A DNA stretch of 64,000 nt, from the NCBI GenBank assembly GCA_963797095.1, contig CAWCNY010000003.1, positions 448,001 through 512,000 of the forward strand. The letters run 5' to 3'. Each line of letters begins with the position of its first letter. The first letter of the stretch is position 1. The stretch is from an uncultured Chloroflexia bacterium. GTDB taxonomy: Bacteria; Chloroflexota; Chloroflexia; QHBQ01; JADMIH01. Shown here piece after piece: positions 23,404 to 32,397 of the stretch. The notes below the pieces were generated by a model. That model was not told the DNA's origin. It ran no database searches and worked only from the letters and a program-made list of their open reading frames with translations. The translations under genes were made by a program, and so were the position numbers.

Positions 23404-23943
23404 ATGACTAGGCTGAACATACCTTCCAACGTAGACCGAGTAATGGCCGAGTGCTTTACCTGCGAGTTTACTACGGTGAACTCGCAGGGCCAGCCGATAA
23501 CATGGCCTTCAGTGCCATATTACAACCGCGAGGAAGGTAGGCTGATAATCACCGTGTCTATTGCTTTTCCCGTGAAGGCATACAACGCCCGCAAGCACCC
23601 GCAAGTGTCTATGTTTTTCTCGGATTTCACAGGATCGCACCTGGAGGACCCTCCCGCCGTGCTGGTACAGGGCACGGCAGAGGTGGCCGAGGTGCTGGAA
23701 TATGGGCCTGATATTATCGGCCTCTTCAAGACGGTAGCGAAGCGGCAACCTGGGAGTAGCAAGTTCACCTCCACCAAGCTGGTTCGCAACCTGTTTTTCG
23801 CCTATCTGTTCCAGCGGATCGCGCTCACAGTGACCCCCAGGCGCATCCTTTACTGGCCACGTCGCGATTTTAGCTCAATGCCGAAAGTGATCGACCTGAG
23901 TGAGACGGCAACGAAGGGGAAGGAGGCCGGCGGTGTGGAATAA
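23404..23943 (+). CDS. Pyridoxamine-5'-phosphate-oxidase-like (split barrel) protein
   Basis: EFTTVNSQGQPITWP, KAYNARKHPQVSM, VLVQGTAEV. Confidence 0.8.
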   Translation: MTRLNIPSNVDRVMAECFTCEFTTVNSQGQPITWPSVPYYNREEGRLIITVSIAFPVKAYNARKHPQVSMFFSDFTGSHLEDPPAVLVQGTAEVAEVLEYGPDIIGLFKTVAKRQPGSSKFTSTKLVRNLFFAYLFQRIALTVTPRRILYWPRRDFSSMPKVIDLSETATKGKEAGGVE

Positions 23944-24394
23944 GAAACTGGCCGAAGTTGCAAGCGGCTACCCGACAGTGGCCTTGACCGTGGAGGAGCC
24001 TTCGGGCTACCCGATCAGCGTGCGCTGTAAAGCTCGGTTCGATGAAGCGCACGAAATGGTCCATTTGCCATCTCCACCTGCTATCGCCTGCAATTGGCGC
24101 GGCAAAGCCTGCCTCCTGTTCCATCATCATGATGAACATTTAGAGGAGCTGCGCCAGATCGTTATTAAAGGAGAATTGGTGGAAGAAAGGGGCTTACCTG
24201 CCCTCAAAGTGACCGAGTTTGTCACAGCCAACGGACGAACCGATACTGATGTGATGCCGCATGCGGGAGCACCCTTCCGAATGTTCCAATTCCTGCTGCT
24301 GGTCCGCCGGAAAGCCCGCGAGTATATAACCAGGCGCGGCGCGCCCTGGCCCCCGGTTCCATTCGACGAAATCACCCGCAAGACATCTGAATAA
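23933..24394 (+). CDS. Hypothetical protein, probable degenerate PPOX-like partner
   Basis: AGGAGG RBS plus GTG overlapping the upstream stop; GYPISVR, ACLLFHHHDE, IKGEL. Confidence 0.65.
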   Translation: MWNKKLAEVASGYPTVALTVEEPSGYPISVRCKARFDEAHEMVHLPSPPAIACNWRGKACLLFHHHDEHLEELRQIVIKGELVEERGLPALKVTEFVTANGRTDTDVMPHAGAPFRMFQFLLLVRRKAREYITRRGAPWPPVPFDEITRKTSE

Positions 24395-24416
24395 TGCATT
24401 GGAGTGTAAGCACCGG

Positions 24417-24456
24417 AAAGAACAACCTGGCACTTTTGCCGTCAGGTTGTTCTTCC
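24417..24456. terminator. Hairpin between convergent genes
   Basis: agaacaacctg(g)...caggttgttct inverted repeat. Confidence 0.65.
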
Positions 24457-24463
24457 TTGTGTA

Positions 24464-24715
24464 TTAGGGGTACAGTCTACCGACCGGAACCCATTTGGGC
24501 AGTCGCAGGCTTACCTGTCGTTCACCTACCAGCCTGAGTACGAGCCGCCTATGCTTATGCTCGTCGTGTTCGGCATCCGCCTTCAACTCAGCTTTGTACT
24601 GAGCATCAGGATCGTTGCGTTGGTGAGCCTTGCGATAGTACGCGGGGCCACCACGTAGAGCTTCTTGCATGACTTTCTCATTCAGGTAGCTGTTGAGGTT
24701 CTGCATGTTGTCCAT
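24464..24715 (-). CDS. Small hypothetical protein (83 aa)
   Basis: AGGAGGAG RBS upstream and a hairpin downstream. Confidence 0.65.
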   Translation of the reverse strand: MDNMQNLNSYLNEKVMQEALRGGPAYYRKAHQRNDPDAQYKAELKADAEHDEHKHRRLVLRLVGERQVSLRLPKWVPVGRLYP

Positions 24716-25134
24716 TTGTCTCCTCCTTTCAGAGAACTCGGGGTGTCACCGTTGATTGGGTAACACCGTCTGCCTTGCCATTGCTCACAGTCTACGGGCT
24801 TGTTCAGACAGGCACATCGGATAAAACGCTTAACCTACACCAGTCATCTGAGGATTAAGTCGCAAGGCGGATGATTAACGTACCTCGCGAGAGGTAGCGT
24901 GGCCAGGCATGAAGGAGGATTAATCGCTGATCTGGACAATGAGCACTGAATGAGCGCAGTTTGAACTTCAATTTGAACAATGGCAGCCGGTAATATCAAA
25001 CAAGAGCATGCGGAGAACCTCAGGATGATCCATTGTCACATTCGGCCCGTATTATGTGTAGAGCCATGTATAATGCATGGCACCTGGCTGACGTGTTATG
25101 TACCCGCTGAATCTGACATGGAGTGACCAATAGA

Positions 25135-25629
25135 ATGAATTACTCTTTCACAACCTACTGGCAGATAGATGCCCCTATCAATACTGTTTGGGACGCTATT
25201 TACGATGCTAAGAACTGGCCCAAGTGGTGGAAGAACGTGAAAAAGGTGACGGTGATCAAGGAAGGGGATAAGAACGGGATCGGGGCCATACAGCATCACG
25301 AATGGGGCACTGCCCTACCGTACAGGCTTGTGTTCGATATCAAGACCACCAAGGTCGAGCGCCCGCACCTGTTGCTGGCCGACTCGATTGGGCAGTTGAT
25401 CGGCACGGGACGCTGGGAGTTGAAGGAAGAGGGGAGCACAACGTTAGTGCGCTACGACTGGAACGTGCGCACCACCAAGAAGTGGATGAACCTGCTCGCG
25501 CCGATTCTGCGGCCTGTGTTCGCCTGGAACCATAAGGCGGTCATGGGTGAGGGCGGGAGAAGTCTTGCCAGGCTGCTCGGCACGAGGCTGGTACAGGAGC
25601 CGAGGCATGTCATTAACGTGACGGCGTGA
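25135..25629 (+). CDS. SRPBCC/polyketide cyclase-like protein
   Basis: WQIDAPINTVWDAI..WPKWW, VRYDWNVRTTKKWMN, FAWNH. Confidence 0.88.
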   Translation: MNYSFTTYWQIDAPINTVWDAIYDAKNWPKWWKNVKKVTVIKEGDKNGIGAIQHHEWGTALPYRLVFDIKTTKVERPHLLLADSIGQLIGTGRWELKEEGSTTLVRYDWNVRTTKKWMNLLAPILRPVFAWNHKAVMGEGGRSLARLLGTRLVQEPRHVINVTA

Positions 25630-25724
25630 AGATGAACCATGGACTATAGTTTGCAGTTCCTGGTTCCTGGTTCCTTGTTATCGGTTGTTGGAGCACAGGC
25701 GTTCCGGGGAAGGTGGGTAGTTGA

Positions 25725-26519
25725 GTGAGAACGCAGGAGCATATTACCAATCCTGTTTACGAATATGTCATGCAGAAGCCGTCGCGGTGGATGTCTACCA
25801 ATCCGCTGACTAACTTCTGTATGGTCAGTTATGCTGTGCCTCCTGAGCGGGTGCGCGATTATATCCCGGCGGGGTTGGATTTGGATACGCGCCGCGATTC
25901 CAGAGGTGATGAAAAGGCGTTCATATCGGCTGTGATATTCAAGAACGACCACATCCGGCTGCTGCCTTTGCCATGGCCCACTTTCACGTTCTTGCAGGTG
26001 AACTACCGCATTTATGTGCGCCACAAGAACACGCCGGGTGTGTGGTTCTTCTACCTGGCACAGGACTCGAAGATGGCCGGGTTCAACCGGCGGATATTTG
26101 GCACACCTACTTTCTATGCGCATATGAGGCAAGATTGTGACCTGGACGTGCAGAGGGGCACGTCCAGATATTACCGCTTTGATTCGGATGCTCCTGACCA
26201 TACGCTGCACCTGGACGTGGAGCCTGCGTCCGATTTGACCGACTTCGACGGGCTATTCTCCTCGGCTGAGGAAATGGAGGTGTTCCTTGGCTCGCGGCCT
26301 GAGGGCTACTTCAATAACCTGCGTAAGCCGGAGATTACCGGTATCAGTGTGTGGCACAATGTGATAAGACCTCACTTTGGCACTGCACGCAGGGCAGAGT
26401 TCAGCGTATTGAGCGATCGTGGCCTTGTGACCGGCGAGGAGCAGCGCAGACCTTATAGTGTGATGCTCACTCCACGAACGGTGTTGCTGGGGCAGTTGCC
26501 GAAGCGGTTTGTACCCTGA
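25725..26519 (+). CDS. DUF2071 family protein (second, divergent paralog)
   Basis: SYAVPPE..IPAGLDLD, QVNYRIYV, PGVWFF. Confidence 0.75.
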   Translation: MRTQEHITNPVYEYVMQKPSRWMSTNPLTNFCMVSYAVPPERVRDYIPAGLDLDTRRDSRGDEKAFISAVIFKNDHIRLLPLPWPTFTFLQVNYRIYVRHKNTPGVWFFYLAQDSKMAGFNRRIFGTPTFYAHMRQDCDLDVQRGTSRYYRFDSDAPDHTLHLDVEPASDLTDFDGLFSSAEEMEVFLGSRPEGYFNNLRKPEITGISVWHNVIRPHFGTARRAEFSVLSDRGLVTGEEQRRPYSVMLTPRTVLLGQLPKRFVP

Positions 26520-26572
26520 GCGAGATCGCGGCCTGGTTGCCCGGCGAATCGGGCGCGTGATACAATCAGGGC

Positions 26573-27280
26573 ATGACAGACGAACAATCTCGCGCTGATG
26601 CGCACACGCTCTCACCTGCCGAGAAGGTGGAGAGGGTATATGATGCTCTCCGGCATGTGTATGGACCGCTGGAGTGGCACCCGAGCACGGACCCGCTTTC
26701 CGAGCTTATTCTTACTATCCTGTCGCAGCATACATCTGATACCAACCGCGACCGCGCCTTCAACACTATGAAGGAGCGGTTCCCCACGTGGGAAGAAGTG
26801 CGCGACGCGCCGACACAGGAACTGGCCGATGCGATCAAGTCGGGCGGGTTGTCGAATGTGAAGGCTCCACGCATTCAGGAGGTGCTGCGCCAGCTTGGAG
26901 ATGAGCGGAGCGGCGACCTCAACCTCGATTTCGTGTCGGAAATGCCCGTGGAAGATGCGAAAGCATACCTGGCGCGATTTCGTGGGGTTGGCCCCAAGAC
27001 GGCAGCCTGCGTGCTGATGTTCGCATGCGGGATGCCGGTTATGCCTGTTGACACGCATGTGCATCGAGTGTCGGGGAGGCTTGGGCTGATCGGATCGCGC
27101 ACGAGCGCCGAGCAGGCGCATGAGGAGCTTGAGGTGATTGTCCCTCCTGATAAGCGATACAGCTTCCACATTTACCTCATCTGGCATGGAAGGCAGGTTT
27201 GTAAGGCGCAACGCCCATTATGTGAGATATGTGCACTGACCTCCTTTTGCGATTACTATGCCCGCACCGGCTGGGCATAA
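26573..27280 (+). CDS. nth: Endonuclease III-family HhH-GPD glycosylase with 4Fe-4S cluster
   Basis: ILSQHTSD, GVGPKTA, PVDTHVHR, C-x6-C-x2-C-x5-C. Confidence 0.9.
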   Translation: MTDEQSRADAHTLSPAEKVERVYDALRHVYGPLEWHPSTDPLSELILTILSQHTSDTNRDRAFNTMKERFPTWEEVRDAPTQELADAIKSGGLSNVKAPRIQEVLRQLGDERSGDLNLDFVSEMPVEDAKAYLARFRGVGPKTAACVLMFACGMPVMPVDTHVHRVSGRLGLIGSRTSAEQAHEELEVIVPPDKRYSFHIYLIWHGRQVCKAQRPLCEICALTSFCDYYARTGWA

Positions 27281-27474
27281 TAAACACAGGTATGGACTAA
27301 TGGGGGCTTTTTCCGATTTTTGCGGTTATCGGAGTCGTTTTGTTGAACGAGGATCGGACTTCCCCTCATTTACATAATGACCTTGGTGGGACAAAACCGG
27401 ACAGGTTTCGAGGTGTACTTTAGTACAGTTTTTGGTACCTGGACGCCGACACCGAATTCTTCTCTATTTCCCTA

Positions 27475-27503
27475 TTGACATATGCGCTATTCTGTGTTAC
27501 TAT
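27475..27503 (+). promoter_or_regulatory. Sigma70 promoter of the PadR cassette
   Basis: TTGACA-17-TACTAT, followed by AT-rich imperfect palindromes. Confidence 0.7.
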
Positions 27504-27560
27504 ATACCAGTAGTCTGTATTACTGTATACCTGTCATACATAGTAGTGGGGGTGATCATA

Positions 27561-27887
27561 TTGAATAATCTAACGGAAATGCTGAAGGGTGTACTAGAGG
27601 GCTGTGTCCTTGAGATTATCAGCCGTAAGCAAATCTACGGCTACGAAATCACACGGCAGCTTAATGCCCTAGGATTCACGGACGTGGTGGACGGAACGGT
27701 GTACACGATTCTGGTTCGGCTTGAAAAGAACAAGCTCGTGGACATCGAGCAAAAGCCGTCCGATATGGGGCCGCCGAGAAAGTTCTTTACGCTCAACGAC
27801 GCGGGGCGCGAGGAATTACGCCGGTTCTGGGCCAAATGGGAGTTCGTCGCGTCGAAGATCAATGAATTGAAGGAGGTCCAGCTATGA
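27561..27887 (+). CDS. PadR-family regulator
   Basis: EMLKGVLEGCVL, YGYEI, GTVYTILVRLE, GPPRKFF. Confidence 0.92.
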   Translation: MNNLTEMLKGVLEGCVLEIISRKQIYGYEITRQLNALGFTDVVDGTVYTILVRLEKNKLVDIEQKPSDMGPPRKFFTLNDAGREELRRFWAKWEFVASKINELKEVQL

Positions 27888-28261
27888 GCGGACTGCGGGA
27901 TTTTCTCAATGATTATTTCAATTTCAGACACATCGCCCGTGAAAAGCGCAAGTTCAGGCAAATGCAGGAACGGGTGAAAGCCCTGCCGGAAGAATACACC
28001 TATGTGTACCACAAAATCCAGCACTATATGTTGAGTTACTCGGGGGGGTCGGGTATGGATATGCTGCCGATACTCACCGATTTGATCGACCTGTTCGAAA
28101 CGGGCGCGGCGGAAGGCAAGCGCGTGCTGGAAGTCACGGGCGAGGACGTGGCCGCGTTTTGCGACGAGCTTCTGCGTAACGCCAGGACATACACGGAAAA
28201 CCGGCGCGAGGCTCTGAACCACGACATTATGAAAAAACTCGGAAAGGGGAACGGTTCCTAA
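27884..28261 (+). CDS. DUF1048 family protein
   Basis: RVKALPEEY, DLFETGAAEGK.VLEVTGEDVAAFCDEL. Confidence 0.88.
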   Translation: MSGLRDFLNDYFNFRHIAREKRKFRQMQERVKALPEEYTYVYHKIQHYMLSYSGGSGMDMLPILTDLIDLFETGAAEGKRVLEVTGEDVAAFCDELLRNARTYTENRREALNHDIMKKLGKGNGS

Positions 28262-29023
28262 ATGACAGACATTGCAATTCAAGTGAAAGATTTGCGGAAA
28301 TCTTTCAAAGACACGGACGTACTGAAAGGCACTGATTTTGAGGTGCGGCGAGGCGAGATTTTCGCCTTGCTCGGCTCGAACGGCGCGGGCAAGACGACGA
28401 CCATAAACATCCTCTCGACGCTTTTGAAGCCCGACGGCGGTAGCGCGAGCGTATGCGGCTTCGACGTGGAGCGTCAGTCCGACAAGGTACGCGAGAGCAT
28501 AAGCCTTACAGGGCAATTCGCCGCCGTGGACGGCATACTCACGGGGCGTGAGAATCTCTTGCTGATTGCCAAACTGCGGAGAGTTTCCGACGCGAACAAA
28601 ATCGCCGATGAGCTGCTTTCCCGCTTTGGGCTAAGTGATGCGGCGAACCGCCGGGCAGACACGTATTCCGGCGGTATGGTTCGCAGGCTCGACATTGCGA
28701 TGAGCCTTGTCGGAACGCCCGCCGTTATCTTCCTCGACGAGCCGACGACCGGGCTTGACCCGGAGGGCCGGCTTGAAGTGTGGAGGACCGTCAAGGAGCT
28801 TGCCGATGGCGGTACAACGATCCTGCTTACGACACAATATCTTGACGAAGCGGAGCAACTCGCAGGCCGAATCGCAATCTTGCACGGAGGGAAGATCATC
28901 GCGAGTGGGACGCTTGACGAACTCAAGAAGCTGTTCCCGCCCGCCAAGGTCGAATACATAGAAAAACAGCCGTCTTTGGAGGAAATTTTCCTCGCAATCA
29001 CCGGTCGAAAGGAGAGCAAGTAA
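28262..29023 (+). CDS. ABC transporter ATP-binding protein (DrrA-like)
   Basis: GSNGAGKT, YSGGM, FLDEPTTGLD. Confidence 0.95.
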   Translation: MTDIAIQVKDLRKSFKDTDVLKGTDFEVRRGEIFALLGSNGAGKTTTINILSTLLKPDGGSASVCGFDVERQSDKVRESISLTGQFAAVDGILTGRENLLLIAKLRRVSDANKIADELLSRFGLSDAANRRADTYSGGMVRRLDIAMSLVGTPAVIFLDEPTTGLDPEGRLEVWRTVKELADGGTTILLTTQYLDEAEQLAGRIAILHGGKIIASGTLDELKKLFPPAKVEYIEKQPSLEEIFLAITGRKESK

Positions 29024-29776
29024 ATGAGATTCTTGCATGATACAGGGGTGCTGCTGGGGCGTTCTATGCGCCATATTCTGCGCAGCCCTGACACAATTAT
29101 CACGGTCGCGATTATGCCGATCATGTTTATGCTGTTATTCGTCTATGTGTTCGGCGGCGCGATACAGGCGGGAACCGACAACTACGTGAATTACCTGCTG
29201 CCGGGCATACTCTTGATTGCTATAGCAAGCGGAATAGCCTACACAGCCTTTCGGTTGTTTACCGATAGGCAAAAAGGACTCTTTACGCGGTTTCACTCAA
29301 TGCCAGTGGCTCGTTCGTCAGTACTGTGGGCGCACGTGCTGACATCGCTCGTTTCCAATGCCATATCGGTTGTCGTGATTATAGTGGTCGCCTTCATCAT
29401 GGGCTTTCGCCCAGGTGCGGGCGTGCTGGAGTGGCTTGAGGTAACGGGAATACTCGTGTTGTTCACGCTGGCGCTGACTTGGCTCGCGGTTATACCCGGA
29501 CTGACGGCAAAATCGGTAGATGGCGCGAGCGCGTTCTCGTACCCGCTGATCTTCCTGCCGTTCATTAGCTCTGCATTCGTCCCAACCGCGACGATGCCCG
29601 CCATCGTCCGCGCGTTTGCTGAGAACCAGCCCGTAACGTCTATCGTCAATACGCTGCGTTCCCTGCTGAACTCGCAACCCGTAGGAAACGAGATATGGAT
29701 TGCCCTCGCGTGGTGCGTCGGGATTACAGTAGTGGCGTACTTCTTCGCAATGAGGGCGTACAAACGGATCGCGTAA
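29024..29776 (+). CDS. ABC-2 permease (DrrB-like)
   Basis: Six TM segments, YVFGGAI, SSAFVP, AENQPVT. Confidence 0.92.
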   Translation: MRFLHDTGVLLGRSMRHILRSPDTIITVAIMPIMFMLLFVYVFGGAIQAGTDNYVNYLLPGILLIAIASGIAYTAFRLFTDRQKGLFTRFHSMPVARSSVLWAHVLTSLVSNAISVVVIIVVAFIMGFRPGAGVLEWLEVTGILVLFTLALTWLAVIPGLTAKSVDGASAFSYPLIFLPFISSAFVPTATMPAIVRAFAENQPVTSIVNTLRSLLNSQPVGNEIWIALAWCVGITVVAYFFAMRAYKRIA

Positions 29777-29868
29777 AGCATGATAACGCGGGGTACCGCA
29801 AAAGTGACGCATGAGCGTGTTTGGGAGAGGATCAATGGCGCCATCCTGAGCGAACGACCAGCGAAGAC

Positions 29869-30066
29869 CTATCCCCAACACCTCCCCAAATTGAGGGGGG
29901 CAGTCTAAAAAAGCAAAAATGGCGGCTTCGCCGCCATTTTTGCTTTTTTAGAACCAGATTGCACGCCTGCGAAGCATCATCTAAAATTCGGGATGTTTCA
30001 TGTTTTAGAAACAGGTTGAGTGCCTGCGAATCTGAACCTGGAAATCGGGAGCGTGCTTGTTTAGAG
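29869..30066. repeat. Palindromic interspersed repeat, copy B (inverted relative to copy A, with an extra ~58-bp tandem unit)
   Basis: Perfect 23-bp inverted repeat at 29904-29926/29930-29952; tttagaa..gcctgcgaa..tcggga..tgt unit occurs twice. Confidence 0.8.
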
Positions 30067-30143
30067 TGTCCGCCCCGTTAGCCGGACGGCTACCTGGGCT
30101 TATGAGGTCAGGGGAGGTGGGGCAGGCCGATGCGGGGGAGGTC

Positions 30144-30452
30144 GTGATGACTCCGCATGGCGTAAACGCCAGCAGCTTCTACGGTTTTGCACCGATGCAT
30201 ACTCATCCATATGCCATTAAGGTTGCACTATAGGAGACACCTAAGATGCTTTTACGCTGCACAAGGGTTTCGTGCAACAACCCGCTAACATCTTGCATTA
30301 TCAAAGTGCGGACTACTACCCGAAGGCAATAGTGGCGTGTAGCATTGGTTAGCTTCCACGTTACTTCAATTATGCGACAAAGGAGAGACTATGAGCAACC
30401 TTTTATCAGCCGAACCACAGCCCATAAATGGGCATGGCTTTCAAGGTTTTCT
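30144..30452 (-). mobile_element. Non-autonomous IS200/IS605-family element (309 bp), copy 2
   Basis: Identical to 1702-2010 except at 30374; inserted 3' of GTAC, which overlaps the cvpA stop codon. Confidence 0.88.
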
Positions 30453-30455
30453 GTA

Positions 30456-30950
30456 CTATTGTTGGAACTCCGGGGGGAGCATGGAGAGGACTACGGGCAC
30501 ATAGCCGCTGAACCAGTGGGCTACCTGCGAATCGCGCACGCCGTCGCTCAGGCCGGGGACCGGGAAGACGGTGGCTACCACCACCATCGCCATTGTGAGG
30601 GTGAGGGCTACGAGGAGGCCCAGGAGAGCACCCAGGAGGCGGTCGAGCCAGCCGAGGAAGAGGAGCCGGGCGACGATGCGCAGAACAGAGCCGACAACCC
30701 CGATAAGGAGGCTGAACAGGATCAGGATGCCGACAAAGGCGATAATATTCGCCCAGTTTTCGTCGGCTACGAGGCCTTTGCCGTCGGCGCCGTGAAGGGC
30801 TGAGGCTACATCAGCGTAGTAGCGCCCAGCGAGGAACAAACCACCGGCGAGTCCTACGAGGGCTATCACCTGGCGTATCAGGCCCCAGAAGAAACCTGCG
30901 ATGGTGCTCGTCGCCAGCGAGGCGAGAATCGTTATGTCAACTGCATTCAT
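30456..30950 (-). CDS. cvpA: CvpA (colicin V production) family membrane protein
   Basis: MNAVD..GFFWGLIRQV, LGWLDRLLGALLG. Confidence 0.85.
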   Translation of the reverse strand: MNAVDITILASLATSTIAGFFWGLIRQVIALVGLAGGLFLAGRYYADVASALHGADGKGLVADENWANIIAFVGILILFSLLIGVVGSVLRIVARLLFLGWLDRLLGALLGLLVALTLTMAMVVVATVFPVPGLSDGVRDSQVAHWFSGYVPVVLSMLPPEFQQ

Positions 30951-32083
30951 TATTCCGGGAGGAGGCACATATCGAGGCTCCAACTGTTGAAGTAGCTGGT
31001 GGGCCACTGCTCGTTGGAATAGATGGTGACTTCGAGCACCCAGTTGCCGTGGGCTTGCTCGCCGTTTAGAGCGGAAAGCCTGCCACCATCGGGTTTGTAG
31101 GTTCCGTTGAAGTTCTGCAAGCATGAGTAGGGAATGGGGTCATTGGCCGCATCATCGAGCGTGACGTGCATGCTGACCAGGCTGCCGGGGTCGCAAGCCC
31201 AGGTAAAGAGGTGCACGCGAACGTTGTCGGGGGATATGAGGGTGCCGGTGATCACCTGCGGCTGCTCGTGGTCGCCTTTGAAGAGGTCGAGGTCCACGAT
31301 CTTGATGCTGGAGATTACGCCCGTCGCATCGACATATTGCCAGGAGACGAAGTCGGCGCGATTGGCATATTGCTTACCCTCAACTGTATAGGGGCCGAGG
31401 TCGGCAACGGGGGGCGGGATGCGGGTGTCGCGTGTACCTCTGTGCTCCATAACCCAGATGTTGCAAACCGGGGTGGCCTGGGCTACGGCGGTGGGCGTGG
31501 AGGTGCGGACGGTAGAGGTAGCGAGCGCCGCTCGCACAGTGGTAGAGGTAGGCTCGGCGCGTGCGACCGCAGTGGCGGTTGGAGCTGGGCCGGCGCTATT
31601 GGCGAAAATCCAGCCCTGGTTCCAGGCGACCAATCCGCCCACGATTACCAGGAGAATAGCCCCAAGCAAGGCGAACAAGCCCCATCGCGAGGGTTGAGGC
31701 TGGCGGGAGGCGGTCTTCTTACGAGATGAACCAACCGACAAGCGCATTGTGCCGGCTGCGCTGGCTGCATTGGCGGGGTTGGTACGCGAGTGCGCGGAGA
31801 TCGTGAATGGGTACGCGCCTGCGATTGCGCCGTTGTCCTCCGGCACGCGGACGTGCACTTTGATCTCCATGCTGTCGCCCGGGAAGAGGGTCAGGCTCTG
31901 AAGGTCGAGGGTATACCATGCGGATGGAATGCCATCTATCTCGATGGCGTACTGGTCTACCGCATCACTTGCGTTGCGGACTGTCGCGACAAAGTCGGCA
32001 GCCTGATTAGTTGGTATGTCCAGTTGCTGGGGCGATAAGGAAAGGGTTACCGGGCTGCTCGCAGGGTTCTGAGGGCTTTGCAT
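30950..32083 (-). CDS. Single-pass protein: N-terminal Ig-like (COG1470/NEW3-like) domain, TM, Thr/Pro linker, C-terminal proprotein-convertase P-like domain
   Basis: TVRN..DQYAIEIDGIP..LFPG..AGAYPFTI; LISPD..LSALNGEQAHGNWVLEV..FNSWSL. Confidence 0.7.
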   Translation of the reverse strand: MQSPQNPASSPVTLSLSPQQLDIPTNQAADFVATVRNASDAVDQYAIEIDGIPSAWYTLDLQSLTLFPGDSMEIKVHVRVPEDNGAIAGAYPFTISAHSRTNPANAASAAGTMRLSVGSSRKKTASRQPQPSRWGLFALLGAILLVIVGGLVAWNQGWIFANSAGPAPTATAVARAEPTSTTVRAALATSTVRTSTPTAVAQATPVCNIWVMEHRGTRDTRIPPPVADLGPYTVEGKQYANRADFVSWQYVDATGVISSIKIVDLDLFKGDHEQPQVITGTLISPDNVRVHLFTWACDPGSLVSMHVTLDDAANDPIPYSCLQNFNGTYKPDGGRLSALNGEQAHGNWVLEVTIYSNEQWPTSYFNSWSLDMCLLPE

Positions 32084-32251
32084 AGGGTGCCACCTCCGGC
32101 ATGTATTGTATCACGATCACGTATGGGCGGCATACGTCACCAGGACAAAAGGAGTGCCGCAAACATGAATGTGCTGCTAAGCGCTCCGATTTGAGGTGAG
32201 AAGGCGTGTTCTCTTGTCCGAAATATGAACATTTACTATGCGCTGTAGGCG

Positions 32252-32280
32252 TTGACGTGATATACGGTGCGTGCTATGAT
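32252..32280 (+). promoter_or_regulatory. Sigma70 promoter
   Basis: TTGACG-17-TATGAT with extended -10 TG. Confidence 0.65.
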
Positions 32281-32397
32281 CAAGGTCACGAACCCTAACA
32301 CCGAACGCTACCGGTCTCTTACACCCGATTTGTCTTTCGTATTTACTACGTTCTATGAGCGTGCGTCTTGTGACGCTACCAGGAAAGGGCCACTACA

